DNA of 64,000 nt from Eledone cirrhosa (GCA_964016885.1 OZ024747.1:23684001-23748000), one strand, 5' to 3'; positions 35,901 through 47,900 are shown, numbered from the stretch's first letter. Program-made: numbers and translations. The notes: generated from the sequence alone by a model not told the origin.

Positions 35901-36784
35901 TATTGATATGGAATAAATGGCGATAGTCTTTTTCTTTCATGACTTATTTTCTTTTTATATTTACAGTTAGAAAAATTAATACAGAAGAACTATCATTTGA
36001 ATAAATCAGCCCGAGAAGGTTATAAATCATATATCAGAGCTTATGCTTCAAGTAGCATGAAAGATATATTTAATGTCAATTCCCTAGATGTTAAAGCTGT
36101 AGCAACGATGTTCGGCATGGTTAATCCTATATATGTCGACCTTGGTATCCTTTTCTTTTTAGATAATGTTTCATGTCTTTTGTTGTTTTTGTTATTACAG
36201 GAAAACAAGTATTTATAGTTATATTATGTTTCTTTTGTTGCTGTTGTATTGCACTGGATCGCATGTAAGCAAGTTGAAGGCTGCTGGCTCGTCTGAGCAG
36301 TCAGTGGAGTATAGGAACATATGTAGGCTCCTGGTGGGCTGATGACTCATCCAACCGTTGCTAGCAGGGAAAGCAGACAGAAGACATGGGATGAGGTAGT
36401 GAAGAGCAGTCTTTAGAAACTAAGGGTTGCAAGGGCTGACACCAAGCTGGGATGATGAAGGCCTTGCCATAAACATACAATATGACTTGACCCATCCATC
36501 AGCACCTCCCACTAGCACTCCTCATCATCTGTCTTCACCGCTACTGCACCCACCACCCAATTTTTTTTTTTATAAATGAACTGTTTCTTTTACTTAAATG
36601 TAGGCTTAAAATCATTTCAGAATATTTAATTTGAGAAGCTGTGGTGATTATTTCCTTAACTTTTATCTCAGATTTCCAAAAAAAGAAATCAAGGAACCAA
36701 AAACCTGTGAACAGAGGTAAAGCTGACAGAGGTTTTTCAAAACCCCAATTCAACCGAAGAGCATTTAAAACAATTGGCAAATAA
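21000..36784 (+). CDS. DDX18: ATP-dependent DEAD-box RNA helicase DDX18 (HAS1/pitchoune), 632 aa, 15 coding exons
   Basis: Exons 21000-21024, 21557-21601, 22640-22741, 23616-23657, 24844-25035, 25325-25484, 25821-25921, 26650-26849, 27752-27866, 28570-28709, 29070-29231, 30946-31098, 33183-33353, 35967-36144, 36672-36784 (1899 nt, phases consistent). Motifs: Q motif [57 protein letters not shown]; DDX18-typical KFMPRNGTG and [12 protein letters not shown]. Confidence 0.95.
29545..30300 (+). mobile_element. RTE LINE 3' fragment with 3'UTR in DDX18 intron 11
   Basis: [20 protein letters not shown]...[11 protein letters not shown]...GRPRKTW. Closely similar to 40673-41050, followed by the same 3'UTR and GATGAT tail. 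Confidence 0.85.
34236..35527 (-). mobile_element. 5'-truncated, frameshifted RTE LINE nested inside a tRNA-SINE (DDX18 intron 13)
   Basis: RT motifs [27 protein letters not shown], a disrupted YADD, Cys-rich insert, [15 protein letters not shown]; (GAT)n tail at 34236-34253. Host SINE halves at about 34040-34235 and 35528-35697. Confidence 0.88.
36145..36671 (+). other. U12-type (minor spliceosome) GT-AG intron, last intron of DDX18
   Basis: 5' splice site GTATCCTTT at 36145. Branch point TTCCTTAAC at 36652-36660, ending 9 nt before the AG at 36670-36671. Splicing keeps the frame to TAA at 36784. Confidence 0.9.
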
Positions 36785-38693
36785 TGTATTTAGTTAAATG
36801 TATCATGTATATTCATATGCACATATTTAATTAAAAAAATTAAACAAATTTTTCAGTATTTTGTAGTAATTTTACAGAAATGTGTCAAGAGTATGACAAC
36901 CTCATACATGATAAACGTACTCAATAAATCTATAAAGTGGTTGGTGAAAGGAAGGGTATCCAGCCATACATAGAAAACCTGCCAAACAAAGGGTGGGGAG
37001 AACTCTTCAGCTAATCTCTTTAGTGTTGGTGTTTTACATGATAAACACTCAGTACATCCATAAAGTGGTGGGTGATCGGAAGGGCTTCCATTCATAGAAA
37101 ACCTACCAAACAAAGGTTCATTAAGATTCTTTAGTTGTGTCAGGGTCATAACTATCTCGCTAGTGCTGGTATCATGATAAAATGCACTCATTAGGGCATG
37201 GGAGAAAGTGGGCATTAAATGATGATGATTTTGTCTGGTTCATCAAATTTAAGAATTCTTACAGTTGCAGGATAATTGAAATTGGTAATTGTGAGAACAT
37301 GAAGGTGAAAAAAATACCAATTCTATTGGATCTTCTAGTTATAAGTATGAAAAGTCGGTGGCCAGAGGATATGAAATTAGTGAGTTTGATAAATTCAGAA
37401 TCGTCATCATCATCATCGTTTGACATCTATCTTCCATGATAGCATGGGTTAGACAGGAATTGTCCCACTTGAGGCAAAATTGATTGGGTAACCGTGTTTC
37501 GCTCATATAGGACTATCTGGCAGGTTTTCTACGTTGGATGCCCTTCCTAACACCAACCACATTTACAGTGTGGACTGGGAGCCTTTTTACCGTATCTCCT
37601 ACACGACTGTCTAGATAATTTTATTGAGATATTCCACTGGTAGCAATAAGGAGAGCTGTTAACATAGGATAGAATTCTAAGATTATGAATATTCATTTGG
37701 TAAACGTAGCCTTTAAAATATCCATGGTTTGTAGAATTGGCAAACGGGAAATAAGTTGACTATTCTGATTAGATGGTTAACCCTTTAGCATTTAAACCAG
37801 CTGTATGTGGCCAGAATTCTCCCACCTCTTCCTATTGAAACTATACCGATGTTAAGATTTTGTTCTCAAAATAAATAATATCAAAATATAGATTCGATAT
37901 TATGTGAGGTACAGGTTTTACCATTAAAATATAATAGTAAATATAGAGTAATGTAAATGCTAAAGGATTAACCCTTTAGCATTTAAACTGGCCAAAATTC
38001 TCTCAACTATTTCTGTTGAAACCGGTTGTAACTGGCTGCTCATACCTACATTAAGGTATTGTTCTCAAAATATCATAGATTCAATAATATGTGAGATAAA
38101 GCTTTTACCACGAAAATACAATAGTATATATAAAGTAATGTAAATGCTAAAGGGTTAAAGAATAGTGGCAATATAGATAAGGGATAAGGTACTTTATCTG
38201 CTTTTACTTTGTGGTCAAATCTTTTACATAAAGTAACTATTCAACATAGATAAATACATATTAAAAATATTTGTCCCTCACATTTTAAACATTGTCCTGT
38301 ACCACATTAACAAGACATTTTTGAAAAGTACAAAACAGCACAAGTATTAACATTTGTGTGACCTCATAGTTGTATTAATTGTACACAAGGTATGCATCAA
38401 CTCCACAGTTAATTAGCTATGGAATTTTAGCTTATAGTAATTCACTCAATTTATAGTTAATGACAAAATGTCAAGAATATTGAAGCAAGGGTGGGACAGG
38501 ATTATTAACTCTAATTTGAGATGAATCTTTCACCTACCCTCAGCATTGAGGCAAGAATGGAACAACCCTAATTTGAGATAAATCTTTCACCCACCATCAG
38601 AGAAAGAAATAATTGTGAAACCAATTTTTTTTTTTATAAATTGCTTCATCATTCAGTATTTGCAAGGAAATTAGAAAAACTATTCCAAATATT

Positions 38694-39739
38694 AATTTAA
38701 ATAATTGTGAAAACCAAACAATGCATTAGAAAGAAAATTAAATTGCTAAGATTACAAAAGAATCTTACCATAGCAAATTTAATGATCCCAAATATTTTCG
38801 GATTTAAAAACCCATTATCAAGGGAGTATCCCTAGGAGAGATTTAAAGGATCGTTCGCAGTTGACTAATGGAGCCACCCATATCAGACGATTCCACAAGG
38901 TACTAGAGATTAATGGCTACCCAGCTTCCTTCTCCACCACAGACCAATACAAACAACAGTTTGTGGAAACCGCCAATGCCATACGCAAAGCCATCAGAAG
39001 AGAGGACCTCAATATCAAACTAGCTCACTCTGGACCTTCCCTGCGAAGATGTCTCTTCACAAGGATAACGGATGCACTCTAGCCAATTGCCCTATCCGCA
39101 ACAGTAATTGTTGCCTACGTAGTATTCAGGCTAGAATGTAACAAGTGCAATCTATTTTACATAGGCAGCACTATTCGACTGTTACAGTTTCATATTAAAG
39201 AGGATGTTAACACCAACTCCTCTTCCTTCCGCAAACACATCAAATGTGGAAAGCGAGACATTACCACCACAATCTTAGCTACCGAATGCAATATAGGCAC
39301 GTTGAGAATTAAGGAAGCCCTCTTAATCAAGCAATTAAAACATAGGATCAATAATCGAAGTGCACCAGAATGGCTAATTTAAAAGCCTGTATTCCAACTC
39401 ACACACACATTTTCCCTTTTTATTATATACATATTCGCACATGCTTTTCAATACATAAATTTACATACAAACATCCCACTAAGCACACTTACCACACACA
39501 CATGCATATATGAAACACTTTTCTGCAGACATTTCACAATATGCACATTCAAAATTTTAACATCTTTTCATTTCATTTAACTTAAATCTGTCTTCCAAAC
39601 GATCCTTTAAGTCTCTCCTAGGGATACTCCCTTGATAATCGTTTTTAAACACCAAAATATTTGGGATCATTAAATTTGTTATCTTAGCGATTTAATTTTC
39701 TTTCTAATGCATTGTTTGGTTTTCAAAATTATTTAAATT
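38694..39739 (+). mobile_element. Second, degenerate Penelope-like element with inverted pseudo-LTR
   Basis: Inverted repeat 38694-38855 / 39598-39739. Internal remnants: LEINGYP...NAIRKAIRREDLNIKLAHSGPSLR, CTLANCP, and GIY-YIG VFRLECNKCNLFYIGSTIRLL..HIKE..SSFRKH..LRIKEALLIKQLKHRINNR (39122-39382). Confidence 0.82.
38786..38825 (-). ncRNA. Minimal hammerhead ribozyme with U3-A8 core variant
   Basis: Minus strand reads UCCC-UUGAUAA-U-GGGUUUUUAAAUCC-GAA-AAUAUU-U-GGGA: stem I UCCC/GGGA, stem II GGGUU/AAUCC, palindromic stem III AAUAUU. The plus-strand sister copy (39628-39666) has GAAA mutated. Confidence 0.6.
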
Positions 39740-40186
39740 TCCTATTCAACAATGCTTCAAGCAAGCTATAAAACTCTATTCAAAATAGATATAAAGATTG
39801 AAAGATTGTTACAGCTTTTACGGGCTTCACTATGGCAGCATAAAAGCTCATATTTAGTGTAACTAACTTTCTCATTATCAAGCTGGTGTTTGGAACATAA
39901 AATTATGGTGAAAGGCTTTTGTTTTTTTTAAGACAAATACAAGCCCTCTAAAACAAAGTTTTGTATCATTTACCAGAGGTATTTCAGACAGTTTAGTATC
40001 AACAGGGTTAAAGTCTTTACTTGAGAACTTAATGCTATTACTAGCTATTGTTTGTAAAATTGAACCTAATATAATTACTATGATACAATTTCAGAAAAAT
40101 GTTTAAATTTTCCTCAACAAGAGAATGTTCTTTGGTGAGTAGTAAAACACTAAATTGACAACATAATTGATCGTCTAGCAGCTGCT

Positions 40187-41455
40187 TATCATCATCATCA
40201 TCGTTTAACGTCCGTGTTCCATGCTTGCATGGGTTTGGACGGGGGTTTTCCCACTTGAGGCAAGAGTGGTTGTCTTGCTCGCATAGGACTGTCTGGCAGG
40301 TTTTCTACAGTTGGATGCCCTTCCTAACACCAATCACATTTACAGTGTGGGGCTGGGAGGTTTTTACCGTGTTGCCTACACGGCCACATTACAGCGTGGA
40401 CTGTCTGGCAGGTTTTCTACAGCTGGATGCCCTTCCTAACACCAACCACATTTACAGTGTGGGACTGGGACGTTTTTACCGTGTTGCCTACACGGTCACA
40501 TTACAGCGTGGACTGTGTGTTTTTTTGTCGTGACACCTACACGATCTCATTTGTTTCGGCCTGGATTTTGTGGCACCAACATAACTTTACATTGAAAGGG
40601 GCGGTGTGGATAGGGTGGGGGTGTGTATTTTGTTAGAGATGCCTACTGACTGTAGTAGGTTTTACTTTGTATTTAGGTAACGCGGGTCTTCTCTATTACT
40701 GAGTACCACCAAAGCTCTCGGTCCAGTGACATTGTCTTGGAGAGGTGTAAGTGTGTGAGGTCGGAATTTATCAGCTCGTCCCAGGTTTTTCTGGGTCTGC
40801 CTACTCCGTGGCTACCATCTATCTTTATTGCCCTGCACTTTGTTATACAGCTGTCGTCTTTCATGCGCATCACGTGACCATACCAACGTAGCCTTCTCTC
40901 GAGTAAACAACATCTGATCCCTCTTATTTCTAATTTTTTCCTTAGTTCGTTTATGCTTTGCCGTTCGCGTATATTACTATTACACATCCAGCGGAGCATG
41001 CAAGCTTCGTTCCTCTCTAGTCTGCGTATATCCTCTGCACACAATTCCCAGGTCTCACTGCCATGCAACATTGCTGTTCGTATGCAGGCATCATACAACC
41101 TGCCTTTCACTTTTAGGGAGAACCCTTTAGCGGCTAATAGTGGTATAAGCTCTCTGAACTTTTTCCATCCAGTTCTGACTCTAGCTACTGTACTTTCGGA
41201 GCACCCTCCCCCACTGCTGATTTTGTCACCCAGGTAACGGAAGCTGTCCACTATTTCTATAGAACCCTCTGCGCAGTTGAAAGAGCTAGTATTTTGTGGG
41301 CACTTGCTGCTACTTATTGCACCAGAGCACCGGCCACATGTAAAATCTGTGTTCTTAGTTAGCTTACCTGTGATCCCACTACATCTTTTATGCACCCATA
41401 CTTTGCATTTGGGACATAAAATGGAGTTTCTACCTACACCTTTCCTACACTTAAC
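40187..41455 (-). mobile_element. 5'-truncated RTE LINE with intact C-terminal frame (40673-41455) and ~490-bp 3'UTR
   Basis: [25 protein letters not shown]...[37 protein letters not shown]. 3'UTR with an internal ~110-bp duplication; (GAT)n tail at 40187-40202. Confidence 0.9.
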
Positions 41456-41812
41456 ATTCACATAAACCACTAATAGGTAAATATTTTTTAATGAATAACA
41501 AAATTAAAAAGGAAATTCGAAACAACCATACTGCTTTAACAAAATTTATTAGATTTTGAATGTCAGTTTTAAATAAGCATTGATCTTGTAAGCTTATTTT
41601 GAAAATTTAACTTTGCAGATTAGTTTTATATTTGAAGTTTGAGTCCTTCATATCCATTATATAGGCAACTGCAAAATGACAGAATTAATTTCTAAAAAGA
41701 AATTCCTTTCGATAGTCAGCAATTTATTTATGAAAGAGGTGAAATTCTCAAAAATACTTCAGTGAAAAGCAAGTTAAAATCACCAGTAAAAACTTTACAA
41801 TAGAAAAAAAAG

Positions 41813-44609
41813 TCAAGTTAAATCATCATCATCAAAGAGATCTTCAAAATCTGAAATAGAAAATAAAAGAATGTTAAAAGACAGTGCATTTGATCAAAAA
41901 AAAAAAAAATCAGTTGAAAATAAGTAGTGAATTAATTCATTATTCAGTGTTTGCAAGGAAATTAGAAAAACTGTTAGTGCCTTATAAGGTGATAGCATTG
42001 GTGCCATAACAAAAAGCACTCAGTTCATAGTGCTGGTGCCATGATGAAAAGCACTCAGTCATCCATGTAAGGTGTTAGTGCTGGAGCCACAATAAAATAC
42101 TCTCACTACATGCTGAAAAGTAGTTAGCATGAGGGAGAGCATCCAGCAGTAGAAACCAAACCAAAACAGAATGTATGAGCTGGATGTGGTTACTTGACTG
42201 GCCGGGCCTCAGCACATGACATCCCAATAGACGTTAAATACTGCTGATGAAGATGAATCTCATTAAAAATTAACACCACTAGATTTCTGAAACATTTTTG
42301 GTTTCACCTATTTTCTGTGAATACCATCCAATACTTTATTCAGTAAATAATTCTCAGCTTGCCCATGACTCGTATCAGAAAATGTTTGCAACATAATTTA
42401 CTTGAAACAGTGGGGTTATCTAGTAAACTTTGGAGCAAGTATTGAGTGTGTCAGATGGGTTCTATGGAATTATTGTCTGAGAGTACAAATCTGAAATAAC
42501 AGTGACTGTCTGATATGTTGCTAAATGTTTTTCACTAAATATTTTTTATCATCTCAACTAATCTGCAACTATGAAACTTTTCTGAAAAAGACAAACCTTG
42601 ATATAAACTTTATTTTCCAATATTGTCCCATAAAATATTTCAGTCACTATCAATTCTAGATTTTTACATATAGCGAATAGGTGGAGTCGTTAAGACAGAT
42701 AGAATGTTTTACGGTGTTCGTCCCACCTCATTGCGTGCTCTGAGTTCAAATCCCGCCGAGGTCAACTTAGCCTTTCATAAAAAAAAGTACCAGTCCAGTA
42801 CCGGGGCCAATTCTTCCTCTATAGAAAAAAAAATCAGCTGTGTTCAGACTTGGAGAGGGTTGGGCTCTGCCAGGTTTAAATATCACCTAGACACACCAAA
42901 TGATGGTGCCTCTATGACTCCACAAGGAGTTATGGGATCTTTGCCCTTTTTATAGTGATATCAACTTTCGTGACCAGATCACCAGTTGTTAATAACTTGT
43001 AATAGCCACAATTATCAAATGTTCCCCCTGAGTAACTGTATAGTTTCAAACAAGATTAAGTACATATCAATTAGTTGGGTATATTGGTTATTTTAATTGA
43101 CACACCCACTACATACTGTAAATTGGTTGGTGATAGAAAGGCATCCAGCCACAGGAAGCTTGCCAAATAAAGGGTTCGGAAGACTCTTGAATTGTGTCAA
43201 AGACATGAGACCATGTGTTAGCAAGATGCAGATGCCCCCAGCCTGTTTGGGAGGTCAGTAGCCCCACTTCAGTACTGACTTGGTTGATGGAGACCCATCA
43301 AACCTTTACTAACAGGGTAAGTAGACATTAAATGATGACGATGATGATGAATGTACACTGTAGTTGAGTAAATTGGTATTTTATTTAACATATACAAAAT
43401 GTATACTATAGGTGGGTGTATTGGTATTTCATTTGATATATATACACAATGTTCACTATTCTTTCCCTGGAAGCCAAGTGCCTTCTATTTGAGAATCACT
43501 ATTTTAGGTATTCAATAAAAATGAAGGTACTGATGCATTCTATGAAATAATTTGTATGCATTTATGACAATGTTGTCAAATTGGAGCAAGAAATAAAATC
43601 AACACTAAATATACCATTATAAAAATCCCGGTGAACTGATTTTTCATTAGCAGCTAAGTCCATCAAAAGTGCACTGGAACCACCAGCCTAGAAAGAAGTA
43701 AGCAATGTAAAATAAAATATGATCAATTTAAGTGCATCAATGAATTAATCTCTATATAATTTCTTCTTATTTGATGCATGCAAATCCTTGCTAGCAGGGA
43801 AAGTGGACATTAGGTGATGACGATAATATAAAAATATGTACATTGTAGTGAGTAAATTGTAATACGAATAGAAAACAGCAACAATAAAAAATTAGTTAAC
43901 TTAGAAGTATCCACGCTAAAATGAAATTTATTCCCTTTGGTAATTCAAGATAACTTAGTTTTATAATATTCCTCACATGAACTTTAGTTTCATTTTTAAT
44001 TACATACGTGATCGACAATACTTAATGAGGGAATAGTGACTCCATTATTCCCGAGAAAAGAAAACTCGAATCGCGAAAAGTCAGTAAAACTAGGAAAAAG
44101 TATGAGTGTAAAAGAGAAAGGAAGATGTAAAATTCTGTTAATTACAGACAAAAATGACGAAACGTTGGTTTTATAATTCAATATATCAACCTACACATCT
44201 TATTGTTTAACGCAAGGGTACATAACTTTGTTGATATTTTTTTCGGAAGCCACAGACTTTCAACAAATGTAAACACTGCCACATGATTATTTGATTCCAT
44301 AAAATAAGACGTGTGTAAATCAGTAGTTTCTAGACTTCTTGAGCTCTATTAAGAAATCCTTATCGTATTATTTCCCCCAACAGTAATCAAGGGTCTGGAT
44401 AAAAATATTTTTGACACTATAGTTAGTCATGTAACATACTATAACTTATTGATTTTACAAACATCTGAGATACTTTCGATGATTTAATGCTACATCGTGT
44501 AAAGAATAATAAAAGATTATATTCTTTTTTATATATATACCTCTTCGATATCCATGTATGTTCCAACCCCTTCGGGAAACATTTCATCGGCGACAACAGC
44601 AGAATTCAT
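41813..44609 (-). CDS. COPS9: COP9 signalosome subunit 9 (CSN9/CSNAP/MYEOV2), 59-aa acidic microprotein, 3 exons
   Basis: Exons 44609-44541, 43687-43615, 41850-41813 (180 nt, GT-AG). Translation [59 protein letters not shown] matches the CSN9 signature DEMFPEG...[10 protein letters not shown]...FEDLFDDDD. Confidence 0.95.
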
Positions 44610-44760
44610 CGTGACGCAGGAAGTAATAGACATTTAAAGAGGAAGTGGAATTATATGTGTGCGCAGTCATCGTGTCGTCACGTGAAGCTAAATATTCATG
44701 TGATACAATCTGTTATCAGAGGAGCTTTGCAAATCTCACAACTTGCCAGTTTGAAATAAA
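44610..44760. promoter_or_regulatory. Bidirectional COPS9/LAMP promoter with CLEAR-like E-box and M-box
   Basis: GTCACGTGA at 44677-44685, TCATGTGA at 44696-44703, two GGAAGT ETS cores (44619, 44641). CpG-rich; only 359 bp separate the two ATGs. Confidence 0.65.
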
Positions 44761-44968
44761 GGTAGCAGTAGTTTTATCTTTCACTTACTCTCTCTAAAAT
44801 TATATAATCCTTGCCGACATTGAAACAAAATTAATTCTAGATTTTTCTAATAATATTAATATATTTTAACCCTTCATTTTATTCGTAGGCCAACACCTCT
44901 GTTGAAGGCGTCAACTCTCAACGACCCGGACCGTCTGTTACCATTTTGATAATTAATTAGCCTCCAAT

Positions 44969-47900
44969 ATGAAGTGTGTTCTAATAATCGTTGCTATTTT
45001 GCTTTGTAAGTACTTCTGTTATTATTTTTGTTTTCCTTTCGGAATAAAAGCAGTCATTGGATTATAAAATGTAACTGTAGTTTATTCATGTAAACGCTTT
45101 CTTTATTTTAAATCACATTATTATTATTAGTTATTGAGAATAATTGTTTATATATTTCCATATTAGAATATATATTTATATCCTGTAATTCGGCTGTGGT
45201 TTGAGTTCATGTGCTGTAATATGACCTGGATGGCGATTAATTACGCATTTACATTAGTGTCCTGCAACAATACTGGTAACTGACTCCTACCTCCCTGCTA
45301 TATCTATGATTCAATAATACGGAAACACTCGTTGAAGCTAATTTACTATCACTAGTAAAATACCAACATATATTTGGTCGTAATTCGAATAATTTCATAA
45401 GACATTGATTGATATATTATATAGCTCGTGTGTGTGTGTGTGTGTGTATATCTATGTATAAATCAATGCCTTATGAAATTATATATGTAGTTCGTTTATA
45501 TAGTTGCTTTATTTATTATATAAATATATATATATGTGTGTGTTTTAATGTTTAGATTTTAAACTTTATATAATTTAAAAAAACTTGCAAACAATTTATT
45601 TCTTCTTTTGTAACCTAACTTCATAATATTACGTTTACTTTTCAAAGTTTGTCATGTGGTTTATTTCAATACTAAATACGAATAGGCTACTGAAAGTTTT
45701 TTTTTCTTTGATTTAAAACTGCTGGCAATGTCACTTGGAAAGAAAGCAGGTGTCATTTGTCATGGGATTTAAATCACGTGTTATCATCGCATTTGTGTGG
45801 GCAAGTTTTATGTTGTGTTATTTGCTTTAACCATTTTAATTAAGTGTACACCACTTACACAATTGACAGTTTCTCTACTATTCAAAGCCTGTCACCATCC
45901 CCATCCTCCAAATCCCATAGAATGCTCTTTAGTATAATTTCTATAACGCCACATATTTTCTTTAATAACAATAATCACTCTTACTGCTTAATTACGGGGT
46001 AAAACAGCATGAATAATGACTTTTTTTCTATCTTAACATATTTGTTCTTCAGAGTTTCTACAGCTATTTTATATCTGGTCACTATAAAAGAGCCAGTGAA
46101 AGATAACCCCCATCCAGTTAGAAAATAGTTCTAGAGATAAGATTAACTAATGTTTATATGTTCGTTCTTTTATAACAATTGCTTTCGCTTAGTCATAGCG
46201 TGACCTTTGGTTATTTATCACTATCTTCAAATTTTATAGTCTTTTTGTTCTATATCCCACATAACACCGTAAAATAATTTCCTTAGTCTTTATCGTTTTA
46301 ATCTTTCACCCTTAAGACTACTTAAATCAATCGAAATGAATTGAATGTTTGCTTTTTGAGCTGAAATTTGATAATCTTAGTTTTTTTGCTATCACTACCG
46401 CGCCCCTTTAATGTAGGATTTGGAGGGATTAACTAAAATCATTTCACGAAGATGCTATTTTTAACAATTTAACAAAAGTTTATATAAAATTATTTTAATT
46501 GAAATAAAACCCTTTAAAAATTGGTTTTGTTTTATAGAACCAGAGGCGATTTGGGGCGGCTTGATATCAAAAGGGTTAAAGCATTTAAGATATTTTGATT
46601 AATAAACAAGTTAGAATTTTTCCTTTCTTTTAAAATGGAAATTGCTTCCCCCCCCCCACCCCCCACACACACAGTTTGTGAACATTTCATTCAGATCTGT
46701 TTGGAGATAAATTTAGTGGTACTCCATAAAACAATTTCTTGTAACGATCATTAACTTGACTTATTAGATATGGTAGCCAAATTTCCTTCAAATTATATTG
46801 TACTTTTTTTTAAGGAAGAACTCATTGAAAAATTTAGTTCTAATTAAAAAGAAAAAGTTTAGCATGAACACTGCTGATCATAGGTCTTCTCGCTCATGGC
46901 AGACGTGGTATTACAGATATTATTTAAAGATAATCCAAATAAGATTGAACTGACCATTCATGTTACGTTTTAATCAATACATAGTGTAGATAATTTTAAT
47001 TTTGAGTTTCAACATTTAGTGGATTAAATTTTTTTTAAATAATTTGTTAGTTTTGATATACAAGTTCAATTTGTGTATGAATTATATTTAACACGTTTCT
47101 AATGAAATAATGCTGCTAATACAAAAAAATTAATTGGTTTTGAAAATTATCAAACATTTTGAGGGATTTAGTAAGATAACATTTTTATTGCTAAGGTAGT
47201 TTGTAACATAAAATTGTTAGAATGTTTTATGTTCACTTTAAAGCAATAATAAAGGGATGGTCTGGTATCAAGAGTTGACTAGTTTGGGAAGAAAAGGTGG
47301 GTGATGAGCAAAGGTTTCAAATGTAGCCTTATGGAGGGAAGGATGTTAGAACATATGACTGTGAATGTTGCTAGAAGGCATAGATAGACAACCCTACATT
47401 GGTTGGTGAGTGTTGAGCTACCTAGCCAAGTTTCAGAGCTTCTTAAATATAGTATCTCAGTGTAGAGCATGTTAATCTCTGTAAATTATTACCCGTTTTC
47501 TCTAAAATGGAAATGCATTGTTAGGCCCACCAATCTATAGCCTCTCATAGCTGTCATTTCTCTTTGGCTTTTGATTACTGCTATATATCAGATGGATGAT
47601 CGAATTCGTCTTTAAGATCGTAGTTGCTATAAAATGTGTGGATTCCTTTCCCTTATAAATATATTTGCTTTTAATTTAGACACAAGGCCAGAGATTTTAG
47701 GGGAAGGGCAAAGTTGATTAAACCAATCTCAGTACTTAAAAGTTGACCTTGGCTGCATTTGAACTAAGAAAGTAAAGAACCAGAACAATTACTGCTATTG
47801 CATATTATCAGATGCTCTACCAATTCTGTCAATCCAACATCCTCTTTCTCCCATTAATATATTAAAAACAAAGTGGTTAAATGTGTTATGGACATCTCTG

